This document shows, piece by piece, positions 56,974-64,000 of a stretch of 64,000 bases of DNA. The notes beneath the pieces are model-generated. The model made no database searches and was not told the origin of the DNA. It saw nothing but the letters and a program-made list of their open reading frames with translations. Source of the DNA: an uncultured Bacteriovorax sp. (lineage in GTDB: Bacteria; Bdellovibrionota; UBA1018); contig CAYSOA010000004.1 in NCBI GenBank assembly GCA_964432565.1, forward strand, positions 38,839 through 102,838. Direction: 5' to 3'. How positions within the stretch are numbered: the stretch's first letter is position 1; every line of letters starts with the position of its first letter. A program made the position numbers and the translations under genes.

Positions 56974-59861
56974 CGCATCCCACGCTCCTGAGGCTGGTCC
57001 TCAGCCTGAGCCTCTGCCTGATTCTCTCGCCCATCAGTGTGTGCGCAGGCTCCAGCGACGAGATGACGCTTCGAAACGTTTCGAATGCGGAACGCGAAAA
57101 AATCGATCGGCTCGTCGATCGAGCCGCCCTCGAATCTCAGAGGCGAGCCATCGAGCAGATCGAAACACTCTTGACGCGCTACCGGAACACGGACCGTGAA
57201 GAGATGCTTCTCGCAAAACTGGGCGACCTGCGACAACAACGCGCCCAGATCGAGTTTCGCCTCGGCCAGCACAGCCGCGATGAGTCCTCCTATCGAAGGT
57301 CACTCTCCGAAGCGATTCGCACGTTCGACGAGGTGCTACGCCGTTTTCCAGAATCCGAACAGGTACCCCGGGTTCTTTCGTGGCGCGCCAGGGCCCATGC
57401 CGACCTCACGGCGCACGCCCTGGCCGAGAAGGATTTCGTCCGTCTGATCCAAAAATACCCCGAGTCTCCGGAGTCTGAATCCGCCCGAATGGCGCTTGCC
57501 GGCTATGCCGCCGAACGGGGCGATCACGCACGCGCCCTCGCCGTGCTCACGCCCCTGGCCTCACGGCCGGAATCCCCATTTCATCCTTTCGCCCTGCACC
57601 AAATGGCCTGGGCGGCGTTCAATCGCGAAGACATTCCCTCGGCGATCGATTATGCGCGCCGAAACGTCGAAGCCCTTCGCCACAGAAGGCAGGAGAGCCG
57701 ACTGAGCTCGAGTGATGAGGCCCTTCTTGAAAACACCCTGCTCGACGTTGCCACCTTCGAGGCGGATCGTGTCGAAAAGATGGCCAATCCGCCCTCGGCC
57801 CAGGAGATTTTCAAAACATTTCAGTCGCTATCCCCCGGTTCACGGATGCCCGCCATGGCGCTTCGCCTGGCCAAGCTGCTGCGCGCACATGATCAGTCGC
57901 GGCTTCTTGCCCAGTGGGGCGCGCTTGCCTGGCAGCACCTTCCCGAGTCCGGCGCCAGTGCAGAAATCGACCTCCTGCTTCGAGAATATGCCCATGGTCG
58001 CCGCGACTTCGTAACGCTTCTTGCGCCGCTTCCCGAGGTGGCTCGAACCGCGAAGAATTCCGCACTCGAGGGCCATCGCAGGCTATATTCGAAGGTCGCG
58101 ACCGAGCTTCACGAGCTTCTATCGAGGAATTCCGGCGCCTCGGTAGAAAAATCCAAACCATGGATTGAAAGGCTGGGGGCCGCCTATGAGCGTTTTCTCG
58201 AGATCACTCCGGCTTCGGATCCCAGAAACTTTCAGGCACGCCTGAATCTCGCCGAGGCATTCGTGGCCCTGAATGAGCTCGATCGTGCCATTCCGCTGTA
58301 TCGAGCCATCGTTGACTCTCAGGAATGGAGCAATGCCGCCGTGATCCGATCGAGCCTCGGATCGATTCGCTCTCGCCTCGAAAAGCTGAAGCAGGAAGGC
58401 GTCATGCCTGAGAAGATCACCCTGGCGGCCTTCGATCGGGAGCTCGACTCCGACCCGCGCATCCTCGAGCTTCTGGCATGGATCGACATGCATCTCTCAC
58501 ACGACAAGAACGGCGAATTCATCACGATGCTGCGCTTCGAGCGAGCCAAGATCCTCTATCGACTCGGACGACGATCAGAATCCCATCTCGCACTCGAGTC
58601 GGTCATCGACACCGCCCCAGACTCAACGGACGCCGGCGGGGCCCTCGCCCTGCTGCTGGACAGTGAGTTCTTTTCGGGTGACCTGCCGTCCCTGAAAAAA
58701 AGAATCGGGGAGCTCCAGAGAAGGCGCGCCCTCTCGTCAAACGCAAGCGCCACCCAGATAATCACTCAGGCAACCCTTCGCCTCGATGTTCTGCTCATGA
58801 ACCACACAGTCGATCCAGGAAACGCCCGCCTTGCGCGCGATCGCCTGCTGGCACGCGGGGACGCTCCGCAGGAGGTTCGAGACGCCGCACTCATCGATCG
58901 GGCACGAGAGCTGGACCTGAACGGAAATCCTGCCAATGCACTGGAGATGCTTCAAAAGGCCTCAAATCCGGAATCACGGGCGCCCGCCCTGCTTCTTCTT
59001 GCCTATGCCTCTGAGAACTGGACGGCCCTTTCTGAAATCTTGCGAACGCAGTGTGATCCGAAGGTGTCGATCTGCGCCCAGTTTTCGCAGTGGATGCGCT
59101 CACGCAATGCACCGAGGACCTCAAATCTCGTCGCTGAGCTGCGCAGGATTTCGAAATCTACCGGAACCGAACAATTGCTCTCCGTGCTGCCACTGCTGAC
59201 CCACCAGAAGAAGTTGGGCTATCGCGATCGCAACCTGTTGATTCGGCTGTCATCAAAGGGCTGGAACGACCTTCTTCCGATCATCCAGTGGGAAGCGCTT
59301 GCGCCGGCCATTGAGGGACTCGAAGCGGCACTCCAGAGCAGCCGTGAGCAGATCCGCCGTCAGTCGCCGCTGAGTGCCACCCAGAAAAGCGAGGCCCACC
59401 TCGTTCATCGAATGGATGTGATTCGGGAATTCGAAAACACGATCAGAGCAGCCCTGCAGATTCCGATTTTTGAGATTCAGGTTTCAGCGCTCCAGCAGCA
59501 CGCCGCCGCCATGCAGGACTTCAGCGAGGACATCGGCCGAATCGAAAACCTGCCCGCAGCAGTCCGATCGGAGATCGAAGCTCGTGCAAGCGAACTACGC
59601 CAGATTGCTGATCAACGCTCGTCCGCGCTGGCTCAGTCGGTCGCCGCGGGAGAGGCATTCATCGCCGGCAACCCGCAGCTCACCACGACGATGCCGATCA
59701 GCAGGGCCCGCAAACGGTGGTTCTTCGAAAACGCCGCAACGCTTTCTGAAACGCAGCAGGCGCTTTGGCTGGGTTGGATTCTCTGGAATTCGGGCGCGAA
59801 GCATGCCGCCTCCAGCGAGTGGGAGAAAGTGAAGCCGACGGTCACAGCGGCCAATCAGTGA
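56970..59861 (+). CDS. large secreted tetratricopeptide-repeat protein (963 aa; GltD/GltE-like candidate)
   Basis: A signal peptide is followed by degenerate 34-aa helical repeats (A..Y....G....A) throughout. Its start overlaps the ExbD stop (ATGA). Confidence 0.65.
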   Translation: MTHPTLLRLVLSLSLCLILSPISVCAGSSDEMTLRNVSNAEREKIDRLVDRAALESQRRAIEQIETLLTRYRNTDREEMLLAKLGDLRQQRAQIEFRLGQHSRDESSYRRSLSEAIRTFDEVLRRFPESEQVPRVLSWRARAHADLTAHALAEKDFVRLIQKYPESPESESARMALAGYAAERGDHARALAVLTPLASRPESPFHPFALHQMAWAAFNREDIPSAIDYARRNVEALRHRRQESRLSSSDEALLENTLLDVATFEADRVEKMANPPSAQEIFKTFQSLSPGSRMPAMALRLAKLLRAHDQSRLLAQWGALAWQHLPESGASAEIDLLLREYAHGRRDFVTLLAPLPEVARTAKNSALEGHRRLYSKVATELHELLSRNSGASVEKSKPWIERLGAAYERFLEITPASDPRNFQARLNLAEAFVALNELDRAIPLYRAIVDSQEWSNAAVIRSSLGSIRSRLEKLKQEGVMPEKITLAAFDRELDSDPRILELLAWIDMHLSHDKNGEFITMLRFERAKILYRLGRRSESHLALESVIDTAPDSTDAGGALALLLDSEFFSGDLPSLKKRIGELQRRRALSSNASATQIITQATLRLDVLLMNHTVDPGNARLARDRLLARGDAPQEVRDAALIDRARELDLNGNPANALEMLQKASNPESRAPALLLLAYASENWTALSEILRTQCDPKVSICAQFSQWMRSRNAPRTSNLVAELRRISKSTGTEQLLSVLPLLTHQKKLGYRDRNLLIRLSSKGWNDLLPIIQWEALAPAIEGLEAALQSSREQIRRQSPLSATQKSEAHLVHRMDVIREFENTIRAALQIPIFEIQVSALQQHAAAMQDFSEDIGRIENLPAAVRSEIEARASELRQIADQRSSALAQSVAAGEAFIAGNPQLTTTMPISRARKRWFFENAATLSETQQALWLGWILWNSGAKHAASSEWEKVKPTVTAANQ

Positions 59862-59928
59862 CAGAAGCGAAATCGCATCACTGCCGCGGCTCTTGATTTT
59901 CGGATGGGCAGTTGAGACGACAGACAGC

Positions 59929-61053
59929 ATGAAGCCCAGTCAGCTCTGGATCCTATTGGCCGTCGCCATCGTCAGTCCATCCGGCGACGCCGCGAATTCA
60001 GTCAGACCTCATCACGCTCAGGGCACACGCACCGCTCACTGGTCACCCGAGACTCGGGCACTTCACGAAAAGCTGAAATCCATTCAGGGAAAGGCGCTTC
60101 TCTTTGGCCACCAGAACGCCACCTGGGAAGGCAGCTTTGGCTGGCATGACAGTCAGCCCGAGGGCACCTACGCGTCGGATGTTCTGACTGTCAGCGGCGA
60201 CTACCCCGCTGTTTACGGCTGGGATCTACTGGACCTTTCAGATGACCTACGACGGCATATCGTCGCTGCACATGAACGGGGCGGCGTGAATACGATCAGC
60301 TGGCACATGCCCAACCCGGTTACCGGGGGATCCTACTCCGACACCACCCGCGCTCTGGGAACCATTCTGCCGGGTGGGCCACACCATCTCGCCTTCCGGT
60401 CGCTGCTGGATCGGGCGGGCGCCTTTCTGGATTCGCTTCGCGACTCGCGCGGCCGCAGAATTCCGATCATTTTTCGCCCCTTTCACGAGCACAATGGCTA
60501 TTGGTTCTGGTGGTGCCTGAAGCACGGAAGCGCGGACGACTTCGCCGCAGTGTTTCGGTACACCGTCGACTATCTCGTCAAAGAGTGGAACCTCGACTCC
60601 CTGTTGATCGCCTACTCACCCGACGCGACTCCGGTCTGGCAGTTTTTTCGCCCCTTCGAGGGATACCCGGGGGATGACCTGATCGATGTGGTGGGACTCG
60701 ACATGTACGGTGACGTGGGGCGTGACACGCTGGGATTCATCAACCGATCAGCGGTTCGCAGAAAAGTTCGCCAGATCACCTCGTTCGCCAACGCCCGAAA
60801 CAAGCTCGCCGCGATCACCGAGACAGGACTTGAAGGAATCACCGACAAGAACTGGTGGACCCGGCTGGTCCTCGACACGCTCGACACATCCTCGCTCAGC
60901 TACCTCATGGTCTGGCGAAATGCTCACGAGAGATCGTCGCATTTCTATGCGCCGAAGCCCGGTCACCCCTCGACACCCGACTTTCTCAAAATGAAGGCGA
61001 GCGGAAAGGTGTGGTTTAATCGAGACTTGGCCTCTTCGGTGAGCCCCCCTTGA
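59929..61053 (+). CDS. secreted glycoside hydrolase family 26 (beta-mannanase-like)
   Basis: A signal peptide precedes the GH26 motifs WHMPNP, FRPFHEHNGYWFWW (acid/base Glu) and AITETG (nucleophile Glu). Confidence 0.75.
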   Translation: MKPSQLWILLAVAIVSPSGDAANSVRPHHAQGTRTAHWSPETRALHEKLKSIQGKALLFGHQNATWEGSFGWHDSQPEGTYASDVLTVSGDYPAVYGWDLLDLSDDLRRHIVAAHERGGVNTISWHMPNPVTGGSYSDTTRALGTILPGGPHHLAFRSLLDRAGAFLDSLRDSRGRRIPIIFRPFHEHNGYWFWWCLKHGSADDFAAVFRYTVDYLVKEWNLDSLLIAYSPDATPVWQFFRPFEGYPGDDLIDVVGLDMYGDVGRDTLGFINRSAVRRKVRQITSFANARNKLAAITETGLEGITDKNWWTRLVLDTLDTSSLSYLMVWRNAHERSSHFYAPKPGHPSTPDFLKMKASGKVWFNRDLASSVSPP

Positions 61054-61102
61054 ACTGGCCACCCGAGTTCTTCAATCTCATCAGGCAGTTAGCCTAACCC
61101 CA

Positions 61103-61124
61103 ATACCCGACTCTTTTTGTTTGC
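61103..61124 (+). promoter_or_regulatory. conserved 22-nt upstream element, copy 2
   Basis: It is identical to the 22-mer at 52842..52863 and lies 45 nt upstream of the ATG at 61169. Confidence 0.55.
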
Positions 61125-61168
61125 AAAGCCTCTTTTTGTTAGTTTTAATTAACAATTAAGAGGTGACC

Positions 61169-61438
61169 ATGCTTTCTTCTCTCACCCCGACGATTCTAGT
61201 TCTGGCACTGATCCTCTCCCCTCAGGCGGTTGCCGGCTCGCGAGAAAAGGTCATCGATTTCGAGGACGCAGTGGTCGAGGGCGTCAACCGAAAGCCCTAC
61301 GACTCCCTGCAGGCCCTGTCTGAAAAGGAGCGCCGCAGTCGCCGCGCGCACCTCTACCATCGACGACTCAGCTTTCAGTCCGAAATTGAAGAAACCCTTC
61401 GCGAACGTGCACTCGAGCACGAAGGAGGCGGATCATGA
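61169..61438 (+). CDS. small secreted protein (hypothetical)
   Basis: A signal peptide (LTPTILVLALILSPQAVAG) is followed by a charged region. Its stop overlaps the next start (ATGA). Confidence 0.45.
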   Translation: MLSSLTPTILVLALILSPQAVAGSREKVIDFEDAVVEGVNRKPYDSLQALSEKERRSRRAHLYHRRLSFQSEIEETLRERALEHEGGGS

Positions 61439-62502
61439 ACGCTTCGCCCGATCGCCCTCTGATCGTTCGCATCCACGCTGCCGGAGGAACCCTCAGTGAA
61501 CTGTGGGATACGAATACCCCCCTATCCGTCGGTCACCCCCTCCGATGGGTGCTCGAATTCCTCAAAACGCCGGAGCGGCTGCGACTCACGGACACGCGCT
61601 CGTCCCTGCGCGTCGAGCAGGCCGTCACCGGAAGTGCCTCCGCCGGAGACGGCCTGCTCGCCGAATTTCCGCTAGGAACATCAGGACGAATCGCGATCTA
61701 TCGCGAAAACGCGGCGGGCTTTTCGAGCGTCACGACCAATGAAGAGCTGGGCTCGAGCCTCCACGAAACCCAGTTTCGCAGATCGGCGATTCGCAGCGTC
61801 GCACTCCTGGGTGCGGCCCTCCTCATCCTTCCCCTGATTCGCCCGGGCAGTCGCGAGCTCATCACCCGCGCCCCCGTTCAGGTCGTCGACCTCTCGAAGT
61901 TGGCCCAGGCTGCGGCAAAACCCAAGGCAAGGGGCGGCTCCGGTGGCGTGGCATCCAGGCTGCGAGCACTCGTCTCCGGTTCGCGCTCCCGCTGGCTTTC
62001 TCGATCTCCCGCCAGCACCCTGTCAGGACGATTCAGTGAAAAATACGCGGCCAACTTCGGCAATATGGCGTCCGCCCCCTCGCTGGGCCTTTCTGCTCTC
62101 GGAAAGTCCGGCTACTCGGGCTCGCTCGGAAGCGCTGGCTCGAGCGGCGGCACGGCGGGACGCAACTGGGTCGACCTCGACTCTCTTGCCGCCACCGTCG
62201 AGGAGGGCCTGACCCGAGACGAGGTGGGTCAGGTGATCCATAAGCACATGAAGGAGATTCGCTACTGCTACGAAACAGCCATGATTCGCTCGCCGGATCT
62301 CGAAGGAAAGCTCGTCGTCGAGTTCACGATCGGCCGTCAGGGTGCCGTCCGAAGCTCGGGAGTACGCACCTCCAGTGTTCCGGACCAGCGACTCGACGAC
62401 TGCGTTCTTTCACGCCTCGTGGCCTGGAAGTTCCCGCAACCCAAGGGCGGAATTGAAGTCGCCGTCACCTACCCGTTCATCTTCAAATCACTCGGGAAAT
62501 GA
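61435..62502 (+). CDS. bitopic membrane protein with a TonB-C-terminal-like domain (GltG/GltJ- or AgmX-like)
   Basis: A cytoplasmic N-domain and a TM helix (AIRSVALLGAALLILPLI) are followed by a Gly/Ser linker. The C-terminal ~90 aa (YCYETAMIRSPDLEGKLVVEFTIGRQGAV...DDCVLSRLVAWKFPQP...YPFIF) is TonB_C-like. Confidence 0.6.
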   Translation: MNASPDRPLIVRIHAAGGTLSELWDTNTPLSVGHPLRWVLEFLKTPERLRLTDTRSSLRVEQAVTGSASAGDGLLAEFPLGTSGRIAIYRENAAGFSSVTTNEELGSSLHETQFRRSAIRSVALLGAALLILPLIRPGSRELITRAPVQVVDLSKLAQAAAKPKARGGSGGVASRLRALVSGSRSRWLSRSPASTLSGRFSEKYAANFGNMASAPSLGLSALGKSGYSGSLGSAGSSGGTAGRNWVDLDSLAATVEEGLTRDEVGQVIHKHMKEIRYCYETAMIRSPDLEGKLVVEFTIGRQGAVRSSGVRTSSVPDQRLDDCVLSRLVAWKFPQPKGGIEVAVTYPFIFKSLGK

Positions 62503-63275
62503 CCATGATGAATACCGCTCTCAGCATCAAAATGGCCCTACTGCTCACACTAGTGATACCCGCCGTTCCGGCCTTGGGCGACGAGCCCCCCCCCACGGGA
62601 ACGCCAGAAACAAGCCACGAAGACCTCTCACCCGAAGCAGAGGAGCTCGAACGCATCAAGCAGCGCTACTGGGCGCAGGGAAACGAAAAAGAAATGGGCG
62701 TCGTCCAGAATCGCCTCTTCACCAAGGAAGGGCGTTTCGAAACCACGCTTTTCGGTGGCCTCCTCATCTCCGATCCATTCGTCAATACGTTCACGCCGGG
62801 GCTCTCGTTCGGCTACAACTTCGATGAAACCTTCTCGCTGCATGCCTTCGGATGGAAGGCTCTCGCCACACCATCGGCCGCCCTCGTCACGCTTCGGCAG
62901 GGGGAAAAGGAAGCCAATACCAATCCCACGTCCGCACTTTTCGGGACCGAGGGCCGTGCCAGCCTGCTCTATGGCAAGCTCAGTCTGCTCGGCAGGAAGA
63001 TACTGTACTACGACATGCACGCAGGCCTGGGCGCTGCCATCGTTCGCGCCGAGAACGGACTCTACGGTGGCCCCCTGATATCGGTCGGACAAAGTTTCTT
63101 TTTTTCGAACTCCATGACCTTTCGCATCGATTACCGGCTGATCGTCTACCGGGAGAACATCACCCAGAAAGAAGGGACCGAGGAGCAGCTCGGAAGGATC
63201 ATCGACCAGAGAAACAATTTTTCGAATTCCCTGACCTTCGGGATCAGCATCCTTTTTGGAGGATCGAATCGATGA
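62499..63275 (+). CDS. outer-membrane beta-barrel protein (GltA/B/H-like candidate)
   Basis: A signal peptide is followed by alternating beta-strand pattern with aromatic girdle residues (FGYNF, LLYGKLSL, TFGISILFGG). The gene is coupled to its neighbours by ATGA overlaps. Confidence 0.55.
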   Translation: MTMMNTALSIKMALLLTLVIPAVPALGDEPPPTGTPETSHEDLSPEAEELERIKQRYWAQGNEKEMGVVQNRLFTKEGRFETTLFGGLLISDPFVNTFTPGLSFGYNFDETFSLHAFGWKALATPSAALVTLRQGEKEANTNPTSALFGTEGRASLLYGKLSLLGRKILYYDMHAGLGAAIVRAENGLYGGPLISVGQSFFFSNSMTFRIDYRLIVYRENITQKEGTEEQLGRIIDQRNNFSNSLTFGISILFGGSNR

Positions 63276-64000
63276 ACACCAAGAATGCACGAGCATCCCT
63301 GATCGTTCTCTCGCTGCTGCTCGCCCCCCGGTCCTTCGCCGGCATCGACTGCCGTCGAGACGTTCCCACTCGATCCCCGGCCATCGACCTCGCCCTGGGG
63401 CTACAGTCTCGCCTCAGGGCGACATCACCCTCGGACCGAAAGTCGGCTGAACTTCAGATCGCAAATGCCCTGCACCAGTCCGGAATCATACGCCCTGCTC
63501 ACGCAGCCTATCGAGCGATACTCCGCTCAAACGAAGCGGCACCCACCGACCGTCTCTCGGCCATGACCTGCCTGAACCGCATCGAGCGAGTCGAGCCTGC
63601 CCTGGCGATGGAACTCCCTTTGACGTTTCTCACGTCCGTCGCCTCGCTCTCATCGACCGATGGCGAGCATCAGAGTGAGGGCGCGGAGTTCGTTTTTCGC
63701 CGGTTTCTGATCGCCCTGCGCGATGACACCAGAAGGGCTACTGCAATCCAAGCCCTGCTTGCCGAACGATTCGCCGCTCGTGCAGAGACCCAGGCGGGCC
63801 GCGCCTTTCTTCTGGCCAACGAAAAGAAGCCCATCGAAGCGGCGAAACTGCTGGAAGAGCTGCTTTCGAAACCTCGGCTGCCGGAAGGAGCCGAACGCCA
63901 CCGAAACGCCCTGATGCTGCTGGCAGGACGAACCGCCTTCGCAGGCGGACGCCCGCTCGATGCGGCTCGCTGGTACCGTTCGATCGAAAAGTCCTCGAAC
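63272..64000 (+). CDS. secreted TPR-like helical repeat protein, 5' fragment (continues past the window end)
   Basis: I translated from the ATG at 63272 and the frame is open to base 64000. A signal peptide (LIVLSLLLAPRSFAG) is followed by an Ala/Leu-rich helical repeat region. Confidence 0.5.
   Translation, partial: MNTKNARASLIVLSLLLAPRSFAGIDCRRDVPTRSPAIDLALGLQSRLRATSPSDRKSAELQIANALHQSGIIRPAHAAYRAILRSNEAAPTDRLSAMTCLNRIERVEPALAMELPLTFLTSVASLSSTDGEHQSEGAEFVFRRFLIALRDDTRRATAIQALLAERFAARAETQAGRAFLLANEKKPIEAAKLLEELLSKPRLPEGAERHRNALMLLAGRTAFAGGRPLDAARWYRSIEKSSN

Noticed and set aside
1-64000. I looked for CRISPR arrays, integrases/transposases and prophage genes.
   Set aside because: I saw none. 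The only recurring sequence is the duplicated 22-nt element already reported as a finding.

Overview
This is a high-GC (~60%) bacterial chromosomal window, dense on both strands, with about 60 protein genes and one tRNA. Every call is from reading the ORF translations and the DNA by eye; no database search was run, so family assignments are motif-level.

Most of the window is core metabolism and housekeeping that I recognise confidently:
- the 3' end of topA, ddl and gdhA
- a leucine-catabolism block: HMG-CoA lyase, BCCP, biotin carboxylase, enoyl-CoA hydratase, and an MCC beta-subunit carboxyltransferase about 7 kb away
- the sucA-sucB-lpdA operon
- a cheB-cheR-cheA / cheW chemotaxis locus
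- HU, tRNA-Thr(CGU), plsC, secreted GH15 and GH26 glycoside hydrolases, and two amino-acid transporters

The regulatory content is also clear:
- two histidine kinases, each paired with a sigma54-dependent (NtrC-family) response regulator
- a DksA/TraR zinc-finger protein
- two strong sigma54-type promoter matches, one directly upstream of the second kinase/regulator operon

The features I think deserve a second look:
1. A ~11 kb envelope-machine cluster (52.8-64 kb) that most resembles the myxobacterial/Bdellovibrio Agl-Glt gliding apparatus. It has a Cys-rich VWA lipoprotein (CglB-like), MotA/TolQ/ExbB, two ExbD/TolR, a 963-aa TPR protein, a TonB-C-like membrane protein, an outer-membrane beta-barrel and a TPR-like secreted protein.
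2. The two sub-operons of that cluster are preceded by a duplicated 22-nt element with extended similarity.
3. A 613-aa membrane-anchored protein with tandem 8-Cys repeats sits divergent from a translationally coupled pair of type-IV-pilin-like genes. This pair lies inside an apparent insertion that splits the leucine-catabolism genes.
4. A secreted transglutaminase-like cysteine peptidase gene carries an in-frame TGA nine codons before its catalytic Cys.
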